A stretch of 64,000 nt of DNA from Octopus sinensis (lineage: Eukaryota): contig NC_043001.1 of assembly GCF_006345805.1 (NCBI RefSeq), positions 7,812,001 to 7,876,000 of the forward strand, written 5' to 3'. Below the pieces are notes generated by a model, which saw only the letters and a list, made by a program, of their open reading frames with translations, searched no databases and was not told where the DNA came from. Positions 40,960 through 54,053 of the stretch are shown here, piece by piece. Numbering within the stretch: the first letter of the stretch is position 1; each line of letters starts with the position of its first letter. Made by a program: the position numbers and the translations under genes.

Positions 40960-41140
40960 GTAGTGAATCTATACACAGAAGATCGAACAAGAAAAAACAA
41001 TAACGCGAGGACGTGGTACAAGTACTGCATTATCAGAAGTTCAGGAAAGGAATGAAAGAGGATTCTACGTTTAGCAATTCTTCAGAAATACAGGAAAGTC
41101 CAAAGGAAAGGAAGACGGAGGAAGAAAATCGCCAACGATA
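40960..41140 (-). mobile_element. Mini-element family 2, diverged, flanked by (TA)/(CA)
   Basis: aacaataacgcgaggacgtgg and aaaatcgccaacg match 61445-61690 in reverse; remnant core ctgaaga..aaacgta. Confidence 0.55.
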
Positions 41141-41225
41141 CACTATACATATACATACATGTATACACATACACACATACACACACAGACACACACACGC
41201 ACACACACACACCACACACACACAC

Positions 41226-41271
<46 letters not shown>

Positions 41272-41395
41272 TATATATATATATATATATAAATTTAAAT
41301 AATGAGGGAGATAAATTGAATATTAATTTCATTAATATCAATTTAAAACCAGTAGCCTAGCATATAAAAAATTTGAAAAATCAGAAAAAATTCCA

Positions 41396-41580
41396 ATACA
41401 TGTGTATATTTAGCAACACCACTAGGTGGATAACCATATCCTAGAAGAAGATCACATACGATCTAACTACAAAGAAAAAAAATATTCTCTGGAGAACATT
41501 TTCTCTTTGTACTCAGATCGTATGGGATCTTCTAGCGTATGATTATCCACCTAGTGGTTTCCCTAAATATACACACGTAT
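41396..41580. repeat. About 185-bp foldback (MITE-like palindrome)
   Basis: The arms accactaggtggataa.cata..ctagaaga..catacgatct..tacaaaga.aaaat match across a short central loop. Confidence 0.9.
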
Positions 41581-41623
<43 letters not shown>

Positions 41624-41689
41624 CACATTTATATTTTCATCTCTGAAACAAGTAAAATTGAAACAAACTTATTCGATTGTTCTTGTAAT

Positions 41690-41860
41690 CCAATAACTGC
41701 ATTTTTGGAGCCAGACGAAAATTCTAAGCCTATCATTCTACATTCAAGGTGTTGCTGGAAAGTTACTCGTTGTGATGGGGATGCGAAAGGCCCGATTGCA
41801 TGGCCAACCTTCCGAGTTCTTTTAGAAGTTTTACAAAAAAGGCTGCAATAAAGGTGAACA
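41690..41860 (+). mobile_element. Mariner transposase remnant
   Basis: gctggaaagtt...gatgcgaaaggcccgatt resembles AGKV..WDAKG(P/V)I. Confidence 0.4.
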
Positions 41861-42179
41861 TGAGAGGTGAATATGTTGAATAAAATAACGATTAACTGAT
41901 TCTTCCGTATTTTCTTTTATTCAAGGCCAGGAAAGTTTCACTCCCTTCACCTCATATATTTAATCTAAATTTCAAAACATTGGTGATGGTGAAATTGATA
42001 AGAATTGTTTATAAATCAAATAATGTATATAAGTCGAAAAAAAGTGTTGTCCTTTTTGTTTTTTTTAATATTCATTTTTAATCTTATATTCATAGAATAT
42101 TATATTATACTATAATATAAACTATTTGATTGTCTATTGGATCTCTCTATTCAATTTATTATATATACATGTGTGTTTG

Positions 42180-42249
<70 letters not shown>

Positions 42250-42329
42250 TCATATAGATAGGTACATACATACATACACACATACATGCATGCATGGTGG
42301 TTGTCTACTCGTTATGAGGTGTTTAACCA

Positions 42330-43170
42330 TCTCCTGTCACTACATCTTAGCATGATCATGGTATCTGATGTGGATTTTTAAACCAGACAATGTTCTGAAA
42401 GACACCCACATAGATTGCATCTCCGATTTGGACCACAAGAGCTGCAGATAAGTTCTGCTCCTTGTGGATCTTAAAATGTCTTTTCATGCCTCCGTGGGAT
42501 TTGTAACCTTCTGGCATACAGTGCATTCAAAGGTGTGCACAGACATACTGGCAGAATAGTTGGTAGAGGTTCGTTTTCCATGCGTTAGCAGACGAGATTT
42601 GAGCCCAGCAAAAGACAGACTATGCGCACAAAAATCTCATTGTCATTCACGTTCTCGATCGTTACATTCATCCTTCGATCTCTTTTGAGTCTTACTTGCG
42701 TCATCCTGTCCTTTTCAAATGTTTCAGTCCACTGCACATCTTTGTTCGCCATCCAACCCTATCCGAAGTAAGGTTTTCTATATCTTCTGGAACCATTCCA
42801 AGTGACTTCATAGTAGTCCATATACCGTCTTTAAACCTTTTTTAACGTTTACACTGATAGCGTTTCCCCTGCGCAAGTTCACCATAAAACAGCTGTTTCG
42901 GTATGCGTTCATCTGCCATTCAAACAATATGGCTACACCACCTCAATTGGTTCCTGAAAATCATATCATTAATTGGGGTGATGCCTGCAGATGAATGGGC
43001 ATCTGTATTTGGAGTGAAATAACACCGTTTAATTTGTTTAAATGCGATGAAAACATTTTTGGTGGAATTGTTCTAACAATCTAAAATGCCACTCATAACA
43101 AGTCCAAGTTTCACAGGAATACAACAGGGATGGTAACTCAAATGATCTGCAAAGAGCCAGATTTGTATTC
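42330..43170 (-). mobile_element. RTE-clade LINE, 3' fragment
   Basis: [51 protein letters not shown]..KRFKD. Confidence 0.85.
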
Positions 43171-44014
43171 TTACATACATACATATATGCATACATACAT
43201 AATACTTACATACATGCATACATAGATAGATACATACAAACTGACAGGAGGAAAAGATTGTAGACTTTCAAACGATGAATACCTAAGTATGAACATAGAG
43301 ATATTTATATTAATAGATCAAACTTATACAGAGAACAATCAACAGATTAAAGAAAACCGGGAGACGTATGGTATTATAAGCTCACCAGCTGTTTCTGGAA
43401 ACTCGGAGATTCATCATAATATTAGTATATAGGGTTCATCACAGTACGCAGGCCTTAATGACGGCACTCAGCATTCGATAAATCTAGCCTCTTTTATTAG
43501 GTTAAAACAATTATTTTCCCTTTCAATTTAAAACGCAGAGATGGTCAAATTTGGAATGATTAAATATGGAGAGGTAACATTATTAGAGGAAGGAAGTAGG
43601 ACGGTATTGGTGTAATAGTGAATGATAAAACGGAATGGTGAGACGGGATGCCATGCTTTCTACTAAACTATTCTTTCTCACGATTGTGTTTGCAAATTAC
43701 TCTCACCCACCACATCACTCGTCTCTCACAGCCTTCCCATCCTCACAGGTTGTACTCATTCCTCATTCTCTGATTTCTTTTCTTCAAGCGAAAGCACTTA
43801 CAACTGTCGCACTCAATTAGCTACTAACCACTCAACCACTCCCTCCCTCTCAATTCACCCCCGCCTCTATTCAATTTGATACAGCTTGCTGTCGAAGCAG
43901 TATCAGATACTAAATCTTTATTTGGTAATTCTAACTTCATGCAAGCGATCGAAGAATTAGGAACAGAAAATTGCAATACTAGCATATCAGCAACCACTAT
44001 ATGTAAGCAACCAC

Positions 44015-44016
<2 letters not shown>

Positions 44017-44046
<30 letters not shown>

Positions 44047-44320
44047 TGTATGTATGTATGTATGTATGTATGTATGTATGTATGTATGTATGTATGAATG
44101 CAAGCATGTATGTATGTACGTATGTATGCATGTATACACGACAGGAGGCTTTCATTTGCCTTCTGTCAAATGCACTCACAAATCTTTGATCGGATCGAGA
44201 CTACAGTACAAGACGCTTTCCCAATTTGTACGCAATGGTTCTGGAACCGAAAGTATGTGGTTTATCAACTTATTTTCTTACCACACAACCTCGCCTCCAC
44301 ACAGCCATGCTTGCGCGCCT
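44017..44320 (-). mobile_element. SINE family B, 5' half with (TATG)n array
   Basis: tacacgacaggaggctttc..aaatgcactcacaaatctttgatcgg..ccacacagccatgcttgcgcg. Confidence 0.7.
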
Positions 44321-45620
44321 ACATAGTGACGCATTTAAGTGAAAACTGGATAATACATCATTTGACAAAACGCTCTGTTTCTAGAAAGAATATTTGTGGT
44401 TGTCCAAAACAGCACAATGGGTTAGTCGTTTTCTCTGCAGGTTGTGCAAGTTATTTGATTTCTCTTTAATCACAGAAAATATCAAAAGCTTGCGGTTGTG
44501 TGTTCATTGGAAGGAACGGAGAAAGAGATTTACCGAGAATGGAAACAAGGTCAATATCAAAGTGACTGATTGGCAATGGCGAATGTCAGCTCTCAGATTG
44601 CGACTATATTAACGATCACAGCATTCAGCATGTGTCAGCCTAAGCGAATTAGCTGCTCTCATAAAATACGTACATTGTTGTATGCATATCTGAAAGGAGA
44701 AAACCATTGAAGTGCTTGCTGGCAAGACACATCTTCTCACTTGCTGGCTGGATGAATATCCAATAACGAAGCATCTGAAAGGTATATGGACAATAAGGTC
44801 TATATGTATGGGTATGCTAGAGTCCTAAAAAGAATTGTTAAAATTTAGAAATGTCGTTTTGGTCCCCTTCTTAGAGTCGAAAGCAATTTGGCTGAAACAG
44901 CAAATAAGGTTTTATTTGAACAACTAACAGGAATCACTTTGTTTTAACCTCAGTGGTCAAAAACCTTACCTTGGTAATAACTACGCACTTCCTGTACACA
45001 CACATAGTTAGGGGATATGTTAACCTCATACAGAAGTGTTTGCATCCAAAGGAATACCGGTTCGATACCTAGTATTATTGTGCAATGTAAAAATTCCCTT
45101 AAAACAATAAGTGTATATTAAGCATATAGTTCATATCCAGTTTTTTGTTTCTCATCTTCATTTAACTGAATATGAACTATATATATAAATATATATATAT
45201 ATATATGAATCTTATATGTGAATCTTAAAGTAAATTATGTATATTTTGTACATATACATATGCACACACTCACGCATGCACATATACACGCATATGTATA
45301 TATGTATGTATATATATATGTATATATGTATATATATATACATATATATATATATGTACGTATATGTATATTTGTATATATCTATATGTATATATGTATG
45401 TATATATATATAAAAAAATATATATATGCATTTGTATGTATATATATATAAAAAAATATATATATGCATTTGTATGTATATATATATATATACGCATATA
45501 TATACATATAAGAGGGAAGACCACTACTTGGACATCCATATGCAAGAAGTAGATCCGCTAAGGTCTTACCACTAAGAAAGGAATGTTCTTCTCAAGAAAA
45601 TTATAGCATTATATATATAT

Positions 45621-45714
<94 letters not shown>

Positions 45715-47339
45715 CCTCATGCCTGTCTATATATGTACAAAATAGACATCGTTTACCTTGAAAGTCATAGTGTGAGACTTTGTTCACAAAGTTCAAAAAA
45801 AATTCTTAAATATACTATTCTTTATTCTAGCAGTCTCTTCCAAATGTGTAAGAGAACAATTCTCGTTTCTAAAATTAGTCGTTCTATATTTAATCTTTAT
45901 TTTTCTTATTTAATTTCTGAATGTTTAGTTCTAGACACCATTACAAAAATTCACAAACCGTTTTTTTGAAAATGAATTATTTCGTCTTTTCTCCAAGCTA
46001 TAATTAATTTAATTAGAATCTTATAAAATACTTGGTCGGTAAGAAGTTCGCTGAGGAATAGGACACACTACCTTCGTGTGGAAACGTGTTGGAGATTTTA
46101 CGTGAAATTCTATTCCATTGTTCTGTAGTCAAATTTTTGAACGAAAACTGTGCAAATCCATTAGATTAGATGTAGCTCTAAACAACTTTAAACCTGTGTC
46201 ACATGATGCAAAACATTGATTCGGGTTGATATTTATTATGACTGTTGTTTTGGTTATGGAAATCTGAGTCAATTACACGTTACTGAGATGATGCAGTTAA
46301 TCAGCTCATCAAACCATCGAATGCACATCGTGGAAAGCGACGGAGAATCCAACAAGCTTTCATCTTTTGCTTGTTATTCAGCTGAAGGTTATTGGGTATC
46401 CGTAGCACCCAGCCCCGCTTAATCGAAATAACAATATTTCCAAGAGATATGCCTCATCTCCAGCATTACATTATTGGTTATCGAATTAAAAGAGAATACA
46501 TTAGTTTTGCGTTAGAACATATATAAAAAGACAAATTGGAAATTTATGAAGCATTTATACTGCTAATATATAATGGGAGTGTATTCAACTCCGTGACGAT
46601 AAGACTTCTTTTTATATACTAAACGTGTTATGTCGTTCTGTGCATATAGATTTCGAATATCGTTATATGCAAACCGCAATCAGCGGCAGAAATTGATTGT
46701 TGCGTCTCGTTTGTTTTCAATATCAAAAGCAATTCGCATAAATTTCACTTGTTATGTAATTGATTTCATTTCTGATTTGGAATCGTTTCAAAAGTTAGAT
46801 ACACATCACAGTTGTCAGACTAAATTTGATAGTCTGAAAACCAGATTCATTAACACGCACTCTTGTATTGATTTCTATATATTTTATCTTTCATGCTCAG
46901 TACGAATATCTGATTTATTCCAATATTCTATTGTATTGCGACATCACGTACATATATTTCAAGCATAGGTATTAGATATGTATTCAGTCAGTTCCAAAAT
47001 AACCATCACTGCCAATTCTATAAGTATTCATTGAAAACAAAGATGAGTTATTATAGTGTTTCTGTATAATGGACAAACTACTGCACTAACCTGCTCAGCT
47101 AAGCCCCTCTCTCTCCTAGGATTAGCGTATATGTACGAAAAGGGTCAATTTCAATGCTCATATTGTACTTAGTGGCAAGTAAAGACTAAAAGAAATATAA
47201 AGACACGGAGAGATAAAATATTTAGAGAGACAACAGAATAGAAGAGAGAGTCAAAATAACAGGAGAGGTGGCATGTAAATGAGAACAGAAGTTGTTCTCA
47301 GTAGACGAAATAAAACATCGACTAACATATTCACATTTG

Positions 47340-47990
47340 TATATTTTGGGACGTATTTAAAGTGCTCCACTCCCAGAATGCCAAAGAGATCCTCCTGATT
47401 GAACCCACTGTGCCTTACGAAACCAGGAATGAAGATGCACATGTCTACAAGATAGAAAAGTACACCGACTTGGCCAGAGACCTGATGGACTCTGGATTCA
47501 AAACCAAAGTCTCCGCAGTCGAGGTTGGCGTCAGGGGATTTAGGGCCTCATCTGCCTACAGCCTCATGAAACAGCTGTCCATCTCTGGGAGAAGAAAGAC
47601 TAGAACCTTGAGGGCCATGGGAGAAGCGTCGGAGAAGGCGTCATGCTGGGTCTGGTCTAGGAGGAATAAAGGCCAACTTCATGGGATCGTGAGAAGATAG
47701 AACCCTCACACTTGCGTCGTCCGAGCGCTCGCCAGTGTACCCAAGTAGGAAACTGGTACTTATCCCTTCTCAGGGCCGCAGCACACGTATCAACAGTGCT
47801 AGAATCTACAGAAATCAATCCCACATAAGGCGTACTAAAACGGGCATCAGATGGACATCCGTTAGTCATGACTCGGATGAGACTCGACCCCGCTAGAGTG
47901 TCAGGAGTGAAGGGTCGAAACACTTGCCTAAAGGGGGTTCCTCCCCTGAGGACCACCTGCCGTCACGCACTCCCCGAGTTTCTTTCCACC
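47340..47990 (+). mobile_element. 5'-truncated HERO-like (R2 superfamily) non-LTR element: REL endonuclease plus 3' UTR
   Basis: KEILLIEPTVPYE..KIEKYTDL..AVEVGVRGF..EASEKASCWVWSRR, the typical ELTVPWE / KY / EVGCRGF / AEKAS.W.W pattern. Confidence 0.75.
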
Positions 47991-48710
47991 ATTGCATAGT
48001 GGTTCTAATTATATTTAAAAGAATTACGTATCTTACCTTTGAAAACTGGTGTTCATTTTCTTATTTTGTATATGCATGGAGAAACTTGATAAAGATCGAA
48101 TTATAACTATTGTAAGCAAGCCATATATTCTGATGTTTCTCATGGTGGGAAAAGTAACATCTATTTTACTCATAATATGCGGGTATAACTAATGGTAAAA
48201 TATTTTATGATATCGCTTTTTATAACAGAACAGAATAAAATTCTTTAATGTATGCGTGAGTTTGAGATTGAATCGAACGTGAGCTCGTATTCAAAGTTAT
48301 ATCTTGATGTGCGTAGCGTGACGTAGTAGCATGCAGTTCGGTTTTACTGTAGCAGATTCCAGTCAATCAGAGCTGGAGGCGTATGAATAAAATGCCAGTG
48401 ATCTGCCACAGCAGTGAAGCGGCAGTTTGATGTGAGTGGCGGAAATGACGGTCAAGAATCAACATCACTTCCTTTGACATGCCACGATCTTTGTGTCCAC
48501 CACTAAGTGCGCCCAACTCACTTGTATGATACCATCTACAACGTTGCCTCAAAATGTGTGGTACATTCTTGTTCTTATTAGCTTACAACAGCATCCACAC
48601 AACTCTCCCCCGTTAACGTTAAGTTATGAGAGTTTCCCTGCCTCGCATGCACATGTCGATTAATCATTGTTACAGTTTGCAAGCATATTACCTAAATAAA
48701 GTTAACATTG

Positions 48711-48985
48711 TAGTAAAGATTGTTTGCCAACATAACATGGCAGTCCCAGTTTAGGACGAACGTTGCTGTAATTTAGCCCCAGGAGACATCGTCTCCAGCT
48801 GGCTATACGACACGCCCTGTGTCCTTAAATTTTCGAACAAGGGAATCTTGCACCCCACTCGACTTAAATCAATATCTGTGTATTGCGATTTCCGGGGCAT
48901 TCCCCTTCATCAGCATAGAATAAGTGTTCGGCTGGATGTGGCGCTGCCAAATTCCCGTTCGAAATGTCTAGGTTTCAAAGTGGCA
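48711..48985 (-). mobile_element. Partial copy of the hammerhead-bearing element at 49012-49398, in the opposite orientation
   Basis: 48711-48965 is the reverse complement of 49092-49350. Confidence 0.85.
48877..48917 (-). ncRNA. Minimal hammerhead ribozyme, copy 1
   Basis: tatg-CTGATGA-a-gggg-aatg-cccc-g-GAAA-tcgcaa-TA-caca. Confidence 0.7.
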
Positions 48986-49011
48986 ACTAATCACTGATCT
49001 ATAAATTATAA

Positions 49012-49398
49012 AATTACCATTTTTAAATCTCAGAGTGTGAGATACTCAGCAACAATACTTTGTAGTAAAGATTGTTTGCCCAAACTATATATTTCGAACG
49101 GGAATTTGACAGCGATACCTCTAGCCGTACAATTATTCTGTGCTGATGAACAGAAATAACCCGGAAATCGCGATACACAGATATTGTTTTTAGCCGAGTT
49201 GGGGTGCAAGATTCCCTTGTTTGAAAATATAAGGACACAGATCGTGTCGTATAGCCAGCTGGAGACGATGCCTCCTGGGGCTAAATTACAGCAACACTCG
49301 TCCTAAACCGGAAATGCCATGTTATGTTGGCAAACAATCTTTACTACAAAGTACTGTTGCTGAATATCTCACGCTGTGAGATTTAAAAATAGTAATTT
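49012..49398 (+). mobile_element. Element with about 70-bp terminal inverted repeats and an internal hammerhead
   Basis: 49012-49080 is the reverse complement of 49330-49398. Confidence 0.8.
49139..49179 (+). ncRNA. Minimal hammerhead ribozyme, copy 2
   Basis: tgtg-CTGATGA-a-cag..ccg-GAAA-TCGCGA-TA-caca; stem I tgtg/caca, palindromic stem III atcgcgat, AUA cleavage triplet. Confidence 0.72.
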
Positions 49399-50029
49399 TC
49401 TGAAGTTAACAATGTTTCGTTGTAACTGAACGGCCTTCTGGACATTCTTCATACATGCTTATTAAAAGCACACTGAAATGGGTTCTCTCACGCATCATCT
49501 TCATTCATTAAATGAAGGAACACTTACTATAAATTAGTGACTACACACACTAACTTAGTAAACCACAATATATGTGTTTACTTCGTGGAGTCATACTTGC
49601 CCGATATCAAAGTTGCTATGCAATTTATAGCATGGTAATAAAAATACAATGTAGTTCTTGCAAAAAGTTGAATCAAATATATTATACATTTTTATCTATT
49701 AATGTTATCGAAAGACAGCCCTTATTACAATATGGATGTAAATACATGTTAAAACAAACGAGTCGTATGTATATCCCAGTCTATAGGTGACTATAGTTGG
49801 GGGAAATCCCTGAAATGCCAGGTTTTTGCCTCGTTTTAGAAAGCAACCCGAAGAGAGGTGTTTTCTTTGAGGGTATTTTCCTCTTGCCAATCGCATTGCA
49901 GAAGTATTTCTTTTTCCGCTGTTTGTACTTGATGCTGTTAGAGGGACTGGCGTTACGATAGTTGGATACGTGGCACCATTATTGTTTTGTTGATGCAGAA
50001 ACTTGATGTCCTGAGAAAGGGTCTCCATA

Positions 50030-50537
50030 AGGTTGCAGGTGTGGCTTTGTGCTGAGAAGCTTGCTTCCCAAGCACATGGTTACGGGTTCAGTCCAACTGA
50101 ATTGCATCTTGGGCAAGTGGTTTCTGCTATAGTCTCGGACCGACCAAAGCTTTGTGAGTGCATTTGGTAGATGGAAATGAAATACCGTCGTATATATATA
50201 TATATATAAGTGAGGGCGCGTGGCTTAGTGGTTAGGGCATTCGGCTCATGATCGTAAGGTTGTGAGTTCGATTCCCGGCGACGCGTTGTGTCCTTGAGCA
50301 AGACACTTTATTTCACGTTGCTCCAGTCCACTCAGCTGGCAAAAATGAGTTGTACTTGTATTTCAAAGGGTCAGCCTTGTCACTCTCTGTATCACGCTGA
50401 TTATCCCCGAGAACTACGTTAAGGGTACACGTGTCTGTGGAATGCTCAGCCATTTGCACGTTAATTTCACGAGCAAGCTGTTCCGTTGATCGTATCAGCT
50501 GGGGCCCTCGTCGTCGTAACCGGCGGAGTCTTTAAGA

Positions 50538-50569
<32 letters not shown>

Positions 50570-50770
50570 ATATATATATATATATAAATGTGTGTGTGTT
50601 ATGTATATATGTATGTATGCATTTGTGTTTGTCGCCACCAACATTTGAAAACCGATGTTGGTGTATTTAGGTTCCAGTATGTTAGCATTTAGGCAAATGA
50701 GACCGATAGACTACTAGGAGCTTACAAAGAATAAGTCCTGGAGTCGATGTCTGAAACAATAGAAGAATAA
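50030..50770 (+). mobile_element. SINE family B interrupted by a younger SINE
   Basis: The head lies at 50030-50190; the 3' half resumes after 50535 (aaccgatgttggtgt..gagaccgataga..aaagaataagtcctggagtcga). Confidence 0.8.
50210..50535 (+). mobile_element. tRNA SINE, head A (CORE-like) plus tail X, well preserved
   Basis: A box tggcttagtgg, B box gttcgattccc, then tgtgtccttgagcaagacact. Confidence 0.9.
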
Positions 50771-50791
50771 GACAATATACATACATATATA

Positions 50792-50838
<47 letters not shown>

Positions 50839-51432
50839 ATAACAGATGGTAATACACATATGTGTGTTTGCGTCTACGCGTGTTTAGGCGTGAATGTGCC
50901 TGTGTGTCGGTGAATGTGTGGGTGTGTTTGCTTACTTTATTAACTCACCCAATTTTATTGAGTAATTTCTCTTATTTCAGGATTTAATGACTTCCTTCTT
51001 GAACCTTATCCTATAATCTTTCATAATAAATGTTATATATTATTTCAATGATGAATTATCATCTTTTGTGCATCGTCAAAATATTTAATAGATTGCTCTT
51101 CTGTTGCTATTTATTCAAATTTTGTTACTTTGACAATAACTTCCTGTTGAAATGAGTTTATATATAATGAGTACGTATCATATTTCTTGCTGAGATTTGC
51201 ATCAATATGCCATGTTTTAGCAAACATTTGAAACAGTCTTTTAGGAACATTAGTCTATGACTGAATGTGAATCATCCTAAATGAATGATGCATTTTGATA
51301 CACAGAAACAAATAAACGCAACAATATTGAAATGGTGTCGAGTGTCACTTTCTCCTTTTTTTTTTTTTCGAAGTTCAACTCGTATCATTTTTTAAACACA
51401 AAAATGTAATTCATCCATTTATATCACGGATA

Positions 51433-51665
51433 TACTCTTTACTCTTTACTCTTTTTACTCTTTTACTTGTTTCAGTCATTTGACTGCGGCCATGCTGGAG
51501 CACCGCCTTTAATCGAGTAACTCGACCCCGAGACTTATTCTTTTTGTAAGCCCAGTACTTATTCTATCGGTCTCTTTTGCCGAACCGCTAAGTATCGGGG
51601 ACACAAACACACCAGCATCGGTTGTCAAGCAATGCTAGGTGGACAAACACAGACACACAAACACA

Positions 51666-51761
<96 letters not shown>

Positions 51762-51931
51762 CATATATACGACATGCTTCTTTTCATTTTCCGTCTACCA
51801 AATCCACTCACAAGGCATTGGTCGGCCAGGGGCTATAGCAGAAGACACTTGCCCAAGATGCCACGCAGTGGGACTGAACCCGGAACCATGTGGTTCGTCA
51901 GGAAGCTACTCACCACACAGCCACTCCTGCG
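51433..51931 (-). mobile_element. SINE family B, full length
   Basis: Near-identical to 13228-13669. Confidence 0.9.
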
Positions 51932-52235
51932 ATTGAATTTTATTCCTTCTGCTGTAATGTTCCATTCATGAAAGGTTCTCTTGTCCTTATAAGCTCTTAT
52001 ACGTCGAAGTCTGTAATGAAGATGTTATAAAGTATACACACCTCTCACGTTACGCTTGCTCTTTACATATACGAAGAACTTTTAGACATAGCATCAAAGA
52101 CACATCTGAATTCAATGAAAGAGACATGACTTTCAATTCACTCTTCTCTAACGCAAACTTTGTTGATGGTGCACCCGTTCATGGGAAACTTTATACCAGT
52201 AAAGACGCAAACATAGATGTATATATACATAGACA

Positions 52236-52328
<93 letters not shown>

Positions 52329-52332
<4 letters not shown>

Positions 52333-52517
52333 AGAGTTCACGAAAAAACAAAAGACGAAAAGAGGTGGTGTACAAACCAAACAGATGTATTAGTATAACG
52401 CTCAGGAATAGAAAAAGTCTTTTACGTTTCGAGCCTACGCTCTTATACAGAAAGGGACCCAGAAAAAAAACAAGGAGAGAAACAAGGAAAGAAAAAAATG
52501 TGTGAAGTGGCTACCGA

Positions 52518-52520
<3 letters not shown>
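52329..52520 (-). mobile_element. Hammerhead-bearing mini-element, family 3, between (TA)n arrays
   Basis: Aligns to 56888-57050 and to 58680-58800. Confidence 0.7.
52419..52454 (-). ncRNA. Minimal hammerhead variant (CUGU core)
   Basis: cttt-ctgtata-a-gagc-gtag-gctc-GAAAC-GTA-aaag. Confidence 0.55.
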
Positions 52521-52557
<37 letters not shown>

Positions 52558-52589
52558 TGTGTGTGTGCCCGTGTCTGTGTCTGTGTATG

Positions 52590-52785
52590 TATCTTTATAC
52601 ATATAACCACGTCTTCCTTTTCTCCTGCACCTACCTCCGTCTTCTGTTTCTGAAGGAGAGATTTGCTTGAAACGTAGAAACTTCCTTTGTTTCCATACCT
52701 GATTGTTTGCTATTACTTTGCATGTACCACGTCCTCGCGACGTTTCATTTTGTTGTTGTTGTGTTTTTCTTCTTGTTTTTTGGTA
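52590..52785 (+). mobile_element. Mini-element related to family 2
   Basis: gtttctgaaggagagatttgcttgaaacgtagaaac, then ccacgtcctcgcg shared with 61620-61650. Confidence 0.55.
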
Positions 52786-52833
52786 TATATATGTATATAT
52801 ATGCATATATATATATATATATTATAATATATA

Positions 52834-52937
<104 letters not shown>

Positions 52938-52953
52938 TATATATACTTATATG

Positions 52954-52996
<43 letters not shown>

Positions 52997-53761
52997 ATAG
53001 TTTTATTTTTAAATGAAGCGTGTTATATCTAAAACAAAGGAGATTAAAGAAGGGTACAATGATGTTCTTCTAGACGATTGCATATATTCCCAGTACATGA
53101 CTGAATCCAACGAAGATTTTTATTACTGCATCTTTCTGTATATTTATACAATTTCAGAAACGAACACGATTCTATATAATTAAGGCCACGAAGTGAAATG
53201 TTTTCTTATCAAGTTATCATTTGAAATGTAAACAATGTTACTTCGAGTGAAATCACAAGTGGAAGATTTAGAATATATCTAAGACGGTGTATGATTTGTA
53301 CGAGAAATATAAAACAACCATTTGAAGAAAACGTCCTGCCAACCATGATTAATGTTTTCACGCATGGAATATTTAACGATTCTATATTACTGAATGACAA
53401 CACAGCAACAGAAAAGGAACAATTGCTATAGATAATATTCTGTATTGAAGAAACTAGAATATACCACATGAAGTGATCAGTTTCTGCCATTTGACAAAGG
53501 AATATAATTTTTCTGCTTCTGATTTGAAATGGAGTAATGGCGATTTTTGAATAACATGTTTGCGATGTGTCGTAATTTTAAGTTACGTCTGCAGATTTAG
53601 AAATTATAATTGACCATGATGCTTTTACCTGATAGCTGAACATGTTGGAAATCACTAAAACATATTCTTTATAACATCAGTTATTTAAATCATTACTTGA
53701 GAAGAAGTAGAATAAGTGATCAGATCTAAGGAAACCGACTATCTTTAATGTTGTTTGTTTC

Positions 53762-54053
53762 TTTTCGAGCCATACCTGGCTCATAAGGGCCGGTTTCCCG
53801 GTTTCTGTGGCGTACAGTTTCCCTACCTGGACGGGACACCAGTCCGTCGCAGGTGAGCTGCAAGATGCAGGAGGAAAGAGTGAGAGAAAGTTGTGGCGAA
53901 ATAGTCAGCAGAAGTTCGCCCTTAACTTCTGCCGGAGCCGCGTGGAGCTTAGGTGTTTCGCTCATAAACACACACATCACTCGGTCTGAGATTCGACCCT
54001 CCGATCTCTCGACCGCACATTCGCTGCTCTAACCACTAGGCCATGTCCCTCCT
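53762..54053 (-). mobile_element. tRNA SINE, head B plus V-like tail
   Basis: ggccggtttcccggtttc..ggacgggacaccagtccgtcgcag..ccggagccgcgtggagcttaggtgtttcgc. Confidence 0.8.

Noticed and set aside
48360-48560. Possible RTE endonuclease remnant (GSDVDSD on the minus strand)
   Set aside because: A single short motif with stops around it; insufficient support.
50210-50285. tRNA genes at SINE heads (also 2720-2792, 19920-19996 and others)
   Set aside because: A and B boxes are present, but there is no complete cloverleaf and each continues into a SINE body.
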